Assembly: GCA_028534125.1 (NCBI GenBank) | Contig: CM052816.1 | Span: 91,142,001-91,206,000, forward strand | DNA length: 64,000 nt | DNA from: Lama glama | Lineage: Eukaryota | Direction of reading: 5' to 3' | In this document: piece by piece, positions 24,435 to 35,605 of the stretch | How positions within the stretch are numbered: the stretch's first letter is position 1 | How the letters are laid out: every line of letters starts with the position of its first letter | Notes under the pieces: model-generated | Database searches by the model: none | Seen by the model: the letters and a program-made list of their open reading frames with translations, nothing else | What the model was told of the DNA's origin: nothing | Translations under genes and position numbers: made by a program

Positions 24435-24705
24435 AACATAGCGCATGAAATGAGGCTGGTCCGAAGTCAGATGTGCTGTTAAATGTAAAATACATACTTG
24501 GATTGGTACCCAAGATTTGGTACCAACAAGCCAACGTAAAATGTCTCATTAAATCCTTTGTCTTATTAATTACACGTTAAGATGATAATATACTGGGTTA
24601 AATAAAATATGGCTATCTCGCCTCTTTCTTTTTGCTTTTAAAAAAATGTGGCTACTCTTAGATTTAAGATGAGCTATGTGGCTGGAATTCTATTTATACC
24701 GGGCA
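24435..24705. mobile_element. MER33-like hAT MITE
   Basis: GATGTGCTGTTAAATGTAAAATACA, TGGGTTAAATAAAATAT and AATGTGGCTACT...TATGTGGCT motifs. Confidence 0.65.
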
Positions 24706-24729
24706 GAGGATGGGCTGGGCCCTGGGCCT

Positions 24730-25895
24730 CCGGCTGGCAGACTCTGCATCCACGCGCTCCCCCGCGCCCTCCGCAGGGCCGGCCGCCGCAGAAACGCCGA
24801 GGTTCCGACCTGGACTCGGCTTTTGCTGTGAATTCCCTCAAACTCCGACCTGAGGCTGCGGTTTGCCGGGACTCCTGCCCGCGGGGCGAGAGCTCAGGTG
24901 CTCCCCCGAGAGCTAACCAGCAGCCCTGGCTCTCGTGACACCCACTCCCGGGCTGCAGCGGCGCAGCGGGAGGACCTCAGAGAAGCCCGGACCGCCGCGC
25001 GGTCGCACAGACCTCTCCTCCCGGGCCCGGGCGCCCCACTCCCGCTTCCGGCCTGACGGTCGCCTTCCCAGCATCCCGCTTCACTGCACGACCACCAAGG
25101 CCCAAACCAGCGAGGGCGGGGCCGCCCCATACCCACCTCAGGCCACGCCCACCTCGGGCGACTCAATCAACACTCACCTCAGGCGAACTAGGCCAGACCG
25201 AATTGGCCGAAGGCTATCCTAGCTTTCCCGGGAGTCTCCGCGGGGGGGCGGGGCTATAGGTCGGGAGGCGGGACTTCCTGCCCGGCTGGGCCTAACCTCG
25301 ATCCAGTCCGGAAGTCGGCCTGCAGTCTGGCTTTCCGTGGGTTCTAACGTGTGAGGTTTGAGTGTCTGGTAGGGTCGGGTGGCTGGTCCCCAGATTTCTG
25401 CCTTTGTCGCCTCTTAGTTCACGCCTGGCGATGGCGACCTACACCTGCAACACCTGCCGCGTGGCGCTGTACGACGCGGAGGCGCAGCGGGCCCACTACA
25501 AGACGGACTGGCACCGCTACAACCTGAGGCGCAAAGTGGCCGGCATGGCCCCGGTCAGCGCCGAGGGCTTCCAGGAGCGGGTGCGGGCGCAGCGGGCCCT
25601 GGCGGAGCCGGAGAGCAAGGGCGCGGCCACCTACTGTGCCGTCTGCAGTAAGAAGTTTGCCTCCTTCAAGGCCTACGAAAACCATCTCAAGTCCCGGCGG
25701 CATGTGGAGCTGGAGAAGAAGGCGGTGAGTAGGAAAGTGGCGATAATGAATGAAAAGAACTTGGAGAAAGGGCTGGGCGTGGACAGTGTGGACAAGGATG
25801 CGGTGAACGCGGCCATCCAGCAGGCCATCAAGGCCCAGCCGTCCACGTCACCCAAGAAGGCGCCCCTTGTGCCCGAGGCGGAGTCCCCGAGTCCC
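24730..25895 (+). promoter_or_regulatory. ZNF622: CpG island / TATA-less promoter and first exon of ZNF622
   Basis: Abrupt rise in GC and CpG density. Inverted CCAAT (ATTGG 25202-25206), GC box GGGGCGGGG 25245-25253, ETS-type ACTTCCTG 25273-25280 and CCGGAAGT 25308-25315, all upstream of the ATG. Confidence 0.88.
25431..25895 (+). CDS. ZNF622: ZNF622 exon 1 coding part, truncated by the assembly gap; two C2H2 (U1-like) zinc fingers
   Basis: Strong Kozak gcgATGG. Encodes MATYTCNTCRVALYDAEAQRAHYKTDWHRYNLRRKVA (Rei1/Reh1/ZNF622 signature WHRYNLxRKV) and a second finger CAVCSKKFASFKAYENHLKSRRH. Open frame up to the Ns at 25896. Confidence 0.96.
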
Positions 25896-26395
25896 NNNNN
25901 NNNNNNNNNNNNNNNNNNNNNNNNNNNNNNNNNNNNNNNNNNNNNNNNNNNNNNNNNNNNNNNNNNNNNNNNNNNNNNNNNNNNNNNNNNNNNNNNNNNN
26001 NNNNNNNNNNNNNNNNNNNNNNNNNNNNNNNNNNNNNNNNNNNNNNNNNNNNNNNNNNNNNNNNNNNNNNNNNNNNNNNNNNNNNNNNNNNNNNNNNNNN
26101 NNNNNNNNNNNNNNNNNNNNNNNNNNNNNNNNNNNNNNNNNNNNNNNNNNNNNNNNNNNNNNNNNNNNNNNNNNNNNNNNNNNNNNNNNNNNNNNNNNNN
26201 NNNNNNNNNNNNNNNNNNNNNNNNNNNNNNNNNNNNNNNNNNNNNNNNNNNNNNNNNNNNNNNNNNNNNNNNNNNNNNNNNNNNNNNNNNNNNNNNNNNN
26301 NNNNNNNNNNNNNNNNNNNNNNNNNNNNNNNNNNNNNNNNNNNNNNNNNNNNNNNNNNNNNNNNNNNNNNNNNNNNNNNNNNNNNNNNNNNNNNN
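25896..26395. other. Assembly gap (500 N) within ZNF622
   Basis: Run of N interrupting the exon 1 reading frame. Confidence 0.99.
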
Positions 26396-28310
26396 CTTGT
26401 AGTGAGGGAGAGTTTTTCATTGTAGTCTCTTTGGTGGCTGTGTAGTGTATATCCATTGTGGTTTTAATTTGCATTTCCCTAATGAGCACTAATGTAGTTG
26501 AGAACTTTTTTATATATAAGTGCTCATTTAGCTTATTTCTTGTGAAGTGTCTGACCAAGGCTTCTGTCTGTTCCTGTTGGCTTATCTGCATTACTGTTCA
26601 CACTTCAGTGTGCATTTCTCCAGTTCTTTTCTATGTGACTTTGTGAACAGTTCTAGAAACACAGAGATTCTTCTAGAACTACAGTGTTCAATATGGTAAT
26701 TCCTAGGTATAGTTCATGTTGCTCTTTTGGTTAATTAGCTAAATTAAAAATGTAAAAATTCACCTCTTCAGTCACACTACCTTCATTTCCAGCCCTGTAG
26801 GTAGAAGCACATGTGAGTGGTATCATATCGGGCACACAGACTAGAAATTTGTGGTATCAGAAAGCTCTACAGGACGTCGCTGTTCTAGAACTTGTTGTTA
26901 CAGTGGTTAAACTTCCAAGAGCCGCATCTCTACCTCTACGTTCTCCTCTTCCTCTCTGTTTGCCAACCCTCGTAGAGAGACTAAATCCTTAGGGGAAAGA
27001 ATTCTGTGGTGGGTCATTTGCTCACCGGTTTTCAGAACAATGTTAGGTTCACAGCAAAACTGAGCAGAAGGTACAGGGATTTCCCATAGTTCCCCCTCAC
27101 CCACACATGCACAGCCTCCCTCATTAGCAACATCCTGCACCAGTGTGATGTTTGTCACAATAGGTGAACCTGCATTGACCCATCAATTAACGCTCCAAGC
27201 CCGTAGTTCAGAGTTCACTGTCGGTGTGGTCCATTCTATGAGTCTGGACAAATGTACATATAATGACATGTATCCGCCATCGGAATATCATACAGAGTAG
27301 TTTCAGAGACCTGAAAGTCCTCTGTGTTCTGCCGGATCATCACGCTCCTCCACCCCCGGCAGACAGTGCTATTTCCTGCCTCCGTATCTTTGCCATTTCC
27401 AGAAAGTTGTATGATTCGAGTCATACAGTAGCTGCTTCTTCAGCCTGGCCTCTTCACTTAGCAATGTGCTTGTAAGTTTCCTCCGTGTGTTTTCATGGCC
27501 TGCTAGCTCGTTTCTTTTTGAAATAATCCAAAAATACTTCCTTGTCTGGATGCACCATTGTTTATTTATTTATCAGTTCATCTGTTGAAGGACATCTTGG
27601 TTGCTTCCAAGTTTTAGGAGTTTGGGTAAATGCTCTGTGAACATCCATGACAGAATTTCTTGACTCCTTAGGGTAAACATCAAGCAGCGTGATTGCTGGG
27701 TCTATACGGTGAGATTGTCTTTAGTTTTGCAAGAAACTGCCAAACTGTTCCAAGTGGCTTTACCCTTTTGCATTCCTGCTGTCACTGAATGAGAGTCCTT
27801 GTGGCTCCACGTCCTCACCAGCATTTGGTGTTGTCCGTGTTCTGGACTTTGGCCATTCTGATACATGTGTAGTCATATCTCAGTGCTTTAATTTGCGTCT
27901 TTCTGGTGACGCATGCTGTGGAACACCTCTTTACAGGCTTATTTGCCATCTGTATATCTTAGTGAGGGGTCTGTTAAGGTTTTTAATCGAGTTGTTTATT
28001 TTCTTACTGTTGAGTCTTAAGAGTTTTATATTTTGAATAATACTCCTTTATCAGATGTGTCTTCTGCAAATATTTTCTCCAAGTCTGCATCTTATAGTTT
28101 AGTTCTCTTTGCATGGGTTTTCACAGGGCAGAAGTTTTTAATTTAAGTGAAGTTCAGCTTATCCATTCTTTCTTTCATGAACTGTGCTTTTGGTGTGTTA
28201 CCTAAAAAGTCATCACCAAACCCTAAGTCATCTAGAATTTGCCCTATGTTATCTTCTAGGAGTTTTTATAGTTATGCATTTTACATTTAAGTCGGTGATC
28301 CATTTTGCGT
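26396..28310 (-). mobile_element. Composite antisense old L1 fragments in the ZNF622 intron before exon 4
   Basis: TTGTGGTTTTAATTTGCATTTCCCTAATG, GGTTCACAGCAAAACTGAGCAGAAGGTACAG, GGACATCTTGGTTGCTTCCA and TCCTTTATCAGATGTGT motifs. No ZNF622 coding sequence recognised here. Confidence 0.75.
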
Positions 28311-28504
28311 TCATAGGTAACTTTCATATTTTACTACAGAGTAAATGCTAACAAGTCATTTTCTCACCAAAAGTTTTCAATTGCAGTCCCTGCAAAACTG
28401 TTAACCCCTCTCACCTCAACCCCTTTGGTAATCTAGTAGGTTTGCCAAATTTTAGTTAAATTTGAGATCTTGTTCTGTGTATTAATGCTATTCCACTGCT
28501 CCAG

Positions 28505-28617
28505 AAGTAGCTACCCAGATCACAAGGAGGGGGAAAACCCTGATGAGACTGAGGACTTGCCCTCAGGAAAGACCTTGGGATATGATGCTGGAACCATGGA
28601 GCTGAGTCTCCCTTCCG
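28505..28617 (+). CDS. ZNF622: ZNF622 exon 4
   Basis: ccAG acceptor, encodes (R)SSYPDHKEGENPDETEDLPSGKTLGYDAGTMELSLPS(G), donor GTAAGT at 28618. 113 nt, too short for the ORF track. Confidence 0.92.
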
Positions 28618-31600
28618 GTAAGTGCGTTTTTCTTAAATACCGCTGAGATTGGAGAGGCGTGTTCCCATCACTTCCTTTCCACACTGGGGAGAGAACCTAC
28701 AACTCGCTGTGTGTGCTGGTGTTCTCCCGGACGAGGCCGACCCTGAGGGTCACCACGCAGCTGTGTGTAGCCTGTTTTGTTTACATTGGATCCATATTCT
28801 CCTCACTTCCGTTCTCTCTCAATGCTTTGATCGGTCATTTCTTTTCTTTTCAATGCATAAACCTTTTCTTTTCTGTTCCTTATCAAGTTTTCTTGGCCCT
28901 ATCCAGGTTTTTCTTGTTAAACTAGACCTTCCTCTTATCCTTTGAACCAACTCCTGTTTTGAAGTGTTGCTCAGACTTGCACATGGTAGTCTGGTCTGGG
29001 TGTATCTGATTGACAGCACCCAGGTTTCCTGTCTGTGTTCTGGGTATAGAGGGGAGGCGTGGAGTTTGAATCTGCCTTCTCCTTTAGGAAACAGAATTCA
29101 TAATGGTGGGATTTTATCCCAGGTATGAAAAGAAGGAGGAAGGCCATGACTTTGAGAAGCAAGCACTACTGTTGGCTGTGTTATACTTAGCTGATTGGAA
29201 TATGAGCAGCTATGAAAGACACATTTGGAAAGGAAAAGGAATTGGATGATAAGACAGTAAGATATTAATCATTCCTGGTATTTACTGAGCAATTAGTGTG
29301 TTCAGGTAGACGTATTATTTTATGTTTAAAACAAGCCATTGAGTTAAATTCTGTTATCCTTATTTGACATATGAACCAGCTAAAGCTTACACAGGATGAG
29401 TAATTTACCCAAGGTCATGGACCTCCTCAGTGAAGGTCCTTTTCCCACTTCCTTTCAAAGCCTGGGAGATTTGCAGTAATGGTGGGGGCAGGAGCAGCCA
29501 TGCTGCCAGTGGAGACGTCTGCCGTGAAGAAGTCACCCTGAGGTGCTGCTGTCCACATGGAATACCAGCTTAGGTACAGACGGCCCTGTATAGGAATATA
29601 GTGCAGCAGAATATTGTAGCCTGTACGATACACAGTAGCTAAACAAGCTTAAATATATCACAGAGGACTTACTCACGTTTTCGTCTGGTGAAATTTAGCA
29701 ATGCAGAACCTCAGAAAGAAGTTTGATAATTTCTTTTAAGACTGTTTAGTCCCGGGTTTCATCAGCTTCACTATAGAATAAGATCGCAGGAGACCTTGAG
29801 AAGGTGAAGGAGATGGATCCTGCCCTGTAAAGCAGCTCTGGCAGGCAGCAAGGTCACTATGACCATGGGCTGCGTTTCGCAGCCACTTTTGCATGTTTGA
29901 TTACAAAAGTCTGCTCAACAATGAGCATGTCCTATTTATGAAATACAGTCTGTTGGAGAGAAATTTTCATCTGGACTTAAAATTTCTGAAACTTCAAGGC
30001 CATAAGCTCTCCAGAAAACACACATTTTCCCAGAGTGATTGAGTTTCCTAGGTTTGCCAAGGCCCCAAGCTGAGTGTCTTCTCAGGACCCTCTCTCCCTC
30101 CCCCACAGCCAGATGGTGACTAATTGCAATTCCTAAATGGCTTCTGAATATTTTTTTTCTTTTTTTTCCCCTTATCCATTTGTCTGTGTCACCACGAAAG
30201 CCTCCCGTCTGGCCATCTCCAGTCTGGTTTCCACTTGACCACGAGAGCAGCCTTTCTGAAAACAAACACCAGTCTATTTTCTTTTCCTTCCGAGATTCCC
30301 AGGGGGAGCGCTTCTGCCGCTGCTGGTCCCCCAGGTGTCTGGTGCTCCTCCCTCAGCCACCCACATGCAGTTTCCCTCCCCTGGGCCTTGGCTTGTGTGC
30401 TGCCTCTGCCCTCCTCCTCCTCTGAAGCTCACGGCGGGCTTACCCATCTGGCAGCCTTTGTGGTCTCCTCTGCTCCTGCGACACTTGCACATCTGTCGTG
30501 ACCTGGCTGTCACTCCTTTGAAGCTGTTGGCTGGCTTGCCTGTCTCCCCCGTTACTGTGAGGACAAAGCTGGCTTCTTTCCTCTCAGCACAGTGTCTCAG
30601 ACACACAGGAGCCACATAAATGTCTGTTAACTGAGCGACTGAAATGTTGGAGGCGACTTTTAAAAGGAAAGCAAGGTTGATTCCCCAGGGCTGCCACACG
30701 ACAGGACAGGCAGGGCAGAAGGCCCCCCCCCACCCCGAGTGACAGTGTGCCCTCAGGGGCTGAGAATCACATTGGCCTGCCGTCCCGGGCAGCACGTCGC
30801 TCTGCCTTTTCCTCATACAGTCAAAGAAGAAAGTGGCATGGCATTAACCTGAAAGTCCAGCGAATTGCCTTGCTCACAGCTGCAGGTCCACGTTCCGAGG
30901 CATGCTTGTGGGTGATAACCTCAGGACAGCGCTTGGGGGAGACGTGGAAGTAGTGAGAATACTGGGGAATATTGTACTTTTAGACAGACAGACTCTGGCA
31001 AGTTGTAACCAACAGCCTCACACTGCCTTACCCCAGGCTTCAGAACTATGCTGTGCACATTTTTTTCTGAGTGTGTGCATATTCTCCTGGGGAAAGGCCA
31101 TAGTGCCGTAAAGTCACGAGTGTGGCCACACGGATTCATCTGACTGTGTGGGTGAGTGCTTTTTTTTTTTTTCTGGGGAAAGGCCAGAGTTTCTGAAAAG
31201 CATCTGTGACCTGGAGAAGATTAAGAGCCAAGAAGAATACCTGCAAATACATCAGTCGTTCACTGCCTTCCTGCGTCTTCACAGATGACCGACTACTGAG
31301 ACCTTATAATAGAATTCGTTTAAACAGCAAAAAAAGCATAGCTTGAAACTACCAATGTTGTGAAATTTCTTCACAACAGTTACATACTCTTTTACCATCC
31401 GCTTTTAAAAACCAGGCATCCTTAACTCAGTCTTGATTCTGAGACATGATGGTTTATCATCCATTGGTTTGCTCCTGTGTCTCGATACTGGTTTGAGGGT
31501 TTTGTAACAAACCAAGAAAATGGGAGCTCTCTATATAAACATGTATAGTGATATTACAGCGGTGTATTCAGTCACCTGGTTATGTCTGAACAAATTCACC

Positions 31601-33527
31601 ATTCAGAAACGTCTTGGATTATGCTCAGTTATGTGGGTCAGCGTGGATGTTAACATGAAGCTAATTTGAGAAGGATTCTAATGTGGAGAGTTTAGTGATA
31701 TTTAATCAACGACAGTTAGTAGAGTAGGCGTTCAACTGGTTTTCAAAAGCAACTGGTATTTGTGATTGTTTAAATCTAGTAACTTCAGGTCCCATATGTG
31801 ATCCCAGAGGCAGTGACACAGAGCATCCGGTAGAGGGCACCGTGAGCATTCCTTTCGAAGACTCTGGTCTGGCTGGGTTCTTTCCTTTGCTCTTCAGTTC
31901 TGCGGAGCAAGTTGGTGTGAAGGCACATCCAGTTAGTTGCTAACCGGCCAGAAGAATCTGTTGCTGGATCTGTGAGAGATACATAATTAATCTTCTTAGG
32001 AGAATTACATTTAGAGATGTTTTCTTTCTCACTGTCTAACGTCATCGAGTGTCAGCCTATTTGTTAAGTAGAAGTGGACAGTCTTATAAGCGGTTATTAC
32101 TGTAGTGAAAGGCAGATGGACAGGTTATGGCTTCATCACAGCTCAGACATAACCCAGCTGTCACCCATGGACAGGCACGCTGTGCTCTGGAACGAGTTTT
32201 TCTTGATGAGGGGCTTCAGGGTGAGCTGTTCTTAGCACGTTCTACTCGGTGCTTAATGTCGGGGGCTCACGGTCGTTGCCACAGGACAGGAGTAGCTGTA
32301 AACACTGAATGTGTACGTTTCTCCTCCCAGGTGTCAGAAACCATAGTGTTGATTAATGAAACCTTTTCAAGCATATTTTAAAAGCCAACTTTCAATAACG
32401 TGTATTTCTAAATGCTGCTTACAAATGTAAATAAATCAATCTAAGGACTAATGACCAGCAATATCACTGAACGATTCTGAGGCAATCAGTGTAAACCTGG
32501 AGCATCCTGACCTACGTTAGAAATAGGAAGTCATAGTCAGGAGTGCTGGGCTTTGCTGCCGGAGCCGCCATTTACACGTGAGTCCTCACCCACCAGTGGA
32601 ATCTCACTCACCTCTTGTGATCTAGGAGCTTTGTTAACCCTTACGGTGCCACGGCAGTCTGGTCCAGGGAAACATCTTTTCATCCATATCAGTATCCAAA
32701 GGCCAATCATCTTTGAATTGAAAATTTCTTTTTGTCAAGTCTTGCGTCTGATCACAAAAGAATCAACTAAAAGGAACTACTTTTGCCTATCTGTGTAGCA
32801 AGCAGACTGTGTCTCAGGTGGCTTGCCAGGAATAGGGACTTAAAACGAGATAACCTGACAGCATTTTGTCGCATAACTTAGAAATCTAGATCCTACTTCA
32901 ATTAAAAAAAAATCTAGATTCTAAAAGCAAGTATAGCCATCTACAATATTTACAGTATGCTAGACATGGCCTTTCTACTCAAAAGACTATGAAAGAAATG
33001 ATTCTATATATATAAGCGTGGAACTTCCATAGAAGCTGTACACGTGGTTCTACCTGGCCGTATTTCCTTTCTTCATTTTCAGTGGCAGTAACTGTTCCGT
33101 ACCTGGTGTATGTTCTGTTGTAAGTTTCTACATGTTTCTGTCTGTCTGGGCGTGTGTTTGATTGCTTATGTCCTAATACACGTTCTTGGGAAAGCATAGC
33201 CTGTGTTTAGTAAGCTCTCAGGTGATGCTGATGCCAGTGGCCCTGGACCACTTTTTGAGAGCCACTGCTCTGCTGGAACCTGGAGTTAGTCATCACTGAA
33301 GCCTGCATCCTTCACTTTTCATCTGCTGTGAGGCTAAGATCCACGGGTCAGCACACTTTCCTGTAAAATAGCAGTTAGTCCAGAGAACTCATTTCTGAAA
33401 GCATGAATGACCAGCAAGGTTGTAGCAGATCCTTGTCAATAAGTAAAAGCTGTAGAGAGAATCAAGCTTAGCCATCTTTTCCAGATATGGTTCCCTAGGT
33501 GCCTTCCCTCATTTAGGAGCAGTAGGG

Positions 33528-33712
33528 CAGGGGTTCTCCGCCTCAGCACTGTGGACATTTCGGGCAGATAACCCTTTGCTGTGGAGGCTGTCCTGTGCGT
33601 GGTATGATTTTAGCCACATCCCTGGCCTCTGCCCACTTGGTGCCGGGAGCCTCCCTCCAGCCATTGCCACATGTCCCCTGGGGATAAGATAGTCCCTGTT
33701 TGAGAACCACTG
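33528..33712. mobile_element. MER20-like hAT-Charlie MITE
   Basis: CAGGGGTTCTC and TTGAGAACCACTG terminal inverted repeats, with internal GGCTGTCCTGTGC and CATCCCTGGCCTCT. Confidence 0.8.
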
Positions 33713-34180
33713 CGCTAGAGACTGTAAGCCAAGGAAAAGTGGATTGGTTCCCCTTCTGGACCCAGACTGTGGCTGGTAGACCTAAACATCAGGGCCGTTC
33801 TCTGTGCTTAATCTTTTTTCTATTAAAACGTTGAGACTCCTTACCCCTAGGGCCCTGTTGCAGGTGTTAGTAGGGGCGGCTTGTGCATTTCTGGGGAGGC
33901 TCTTTTATAGAACAAGAAAGTACAGACGCTGAGTTTTTCACTTGACAGTGACTTGCCATGGTCCCTTTTCTTAAATCTCTCTGCTCTTTGGTTTTCTTTT
34001 TCTTTCATTGTTTAACACGCGGCCTCGTCTTTCTTCAGTGGGTAGAGCACTGTTTCTTCCGACACATGCATTTTCCAGCTGGATAAACGTGAGAAGTCTG
34101 ACTGGGAAAGCCCTAGCTTCATAGCTCTGCCTTGAGAGAGTTCCAGCTTGGTGCTTCACTGTTGCTGTTTTGAAAAACAG

Positions 34181-34324
34181 GTGCCAGAGTGGGTCATCGC
34201 TCCCTGATGAGATACTACAAACAGCGGTTTGGCTTGTCCAGAGCCGTGGCCGTTGCTAAGAACCAGAAGGCGGTGGGCCGGGTCCTGCAGCAGTACAGAG
34301 CCCTGGGCTGGACCGGGAGCACAG
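34181..34324 (+). CDS. ZNF622: ZNF622 exon 5
   Basis: aacAG acceptor, encodes (G)ARVGHRSLMRYYKQRFGLSRAVAVAKNQKAVGRVLQQYRALGWTGST with the family GHRSxxRYYxQ motif, donor GTGCGG at 34325. 144 nt. Confidence 0.95.
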
Positions 34325-35341
34325 GTGCGGCGACACGGGGACAGCCACGGAGCAGCCCCGGGACTTGCAGTTCCTCAGGGGCCCTGGGTGAAGGGGTGGT
34401 TACTGACCTTGTCCCTAAGGATCCTCCCCAGGGGACACTTACCTTGGCTCTGGGGGCGTCTGTGACCACTTGAGGCGTTTATGGCAATAAGCCCCCAGCT
34501 CCATGACGGAAAAACTTATTCGTGGCACAGCAACTTTCTAAAACCTGCATGTATACCACTGACCTTTTCAGGAGGTAAAGGTTATGAAGTGAGTTGTTTA
34601 GTAATTATCCAAGGTTGAAATCCTCCTGGAAGTTTCCCAGAGGAATGGAATGGCATTCTCACAGCAGTAGTTTGAGCTGTGGAGTCAGCATGACTTACCT
34701 GATGTTCTTATTGGTATGAGTAATTTATCCAATCAAAGCCTCTGTTGTCTCACTTATTAAATGGAGGTGATGATAACGGGGCCTGGGCCGGTGGGATGTC
34801 ATAAAGCAGGATGACACAGCACATGCATGTAATAAAAGCTACCAGTCCTTCTTTCTGTAATTTCCCCATAAAAATGATAAGAGTCAGAGGAATAGAGTAG
34901 GCTACTGACATTGTTACCTTCAAGGAGAACGTCAGTCCACTGGAGACAGTGGAGGGAGAGCGGGCAGCTGCCTGCTGACGGCCGGGGAGCTCTGACGCTG
35001 AAATCACTGTCGCTGCCGCTGTGTCTGTATACACGTGGTTTCACTAGGGCTCCCTGTGAGCTGTGAGCCCGCTGACTTCATCTTGCCCTTATAGACTTTT
35101 TGATATGATGACAACTAAAGAGGCTCATCCCAGAGAAATGTATACAGAGAGCTCAGGGGAGCAGTTCTGAGGTGCACATAGCCCCCCAAGGCCCACTGGA
35201 TAGGGAACCCAGATAATATCTCTTCTGTATCTCTAGGAACCCAGTTACTGCAGACTAGCTCTGATTCTCTGCAGAATTGGGTTTTCTGTGACCACAAGTC
35301 ACAAACCTTGGCCTCATTTCTTGTCCCGTTTCCACCCCTAG

Positions 35342-35469
35342 GAGCGGCGCTCATGCGCCAGCGGGACATGCAGTACATCCAGAGGATGAAGGCAAAGTGG
35401 ATGCTGAAGACGGGGATGCAGAACAACGCCATCAGGCAGAAGCACTTCAGGCCACAGGTGCTGTTCTGA
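35342..35469 (+). CDS. ZNF622: ZNF622 terminal coding exon 6
   Basis: Pyrimidine tract + ctAG, encodes (G)AALMRQRDMQYIQRMKAKWMLKTGMQNNAIRQKHFRPQVLF, TGA at 35467-35469. Rei1-type C-terminal tail. Confidence 0.95.
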
Positions 35470-35599
35470 GTCGCCAGGGCTCGAGTCCTCGTCTGCCTCC
35501 CGCGCACGCGGCCTCCCCGCCTGAGGACCCTGGAAGTCGGGTTAGACGGCGGGCCCCTTTGCTGCTGTTTCTCCCCGTACTTCATCTGCTCGTCCCCGT

Positions 35600-35605
35600 A
35601 ATAAA
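35600..35605 (+). terminator. ZNF622: Polyadenylation signal of ZNF622
   Basis: AATAAA about 130 nt after the stop codon, followed by GT-rich sequence. Confidence 0.75.

Noticed and set aside
25362..25430. In-frame GTG-initiated N-terminal extension of ZNF622 in the ORF track
   Set aside because: ATG 25431 has a strong Kozak context and matches the family N-terminus MATYTC. A 23-codon stop-free stretch is unremarkable in a GC-rich 5' UTR.
25848..26591. Long ORFs crossing N-runs (also 12106-12294 and 44615-45197)
   Set aside because: Their length is an artefact of N codons; the called residues in 25848-26591 are mostly L1-derived.
34325..34473. ORF continuing past ZNF622 exon 5 (AATRGQPRSS...)
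   Set aside because: Intronic read-through after the CAG|GTGCGG donor. The true C-terminus is in the in-phase exon at 35342.
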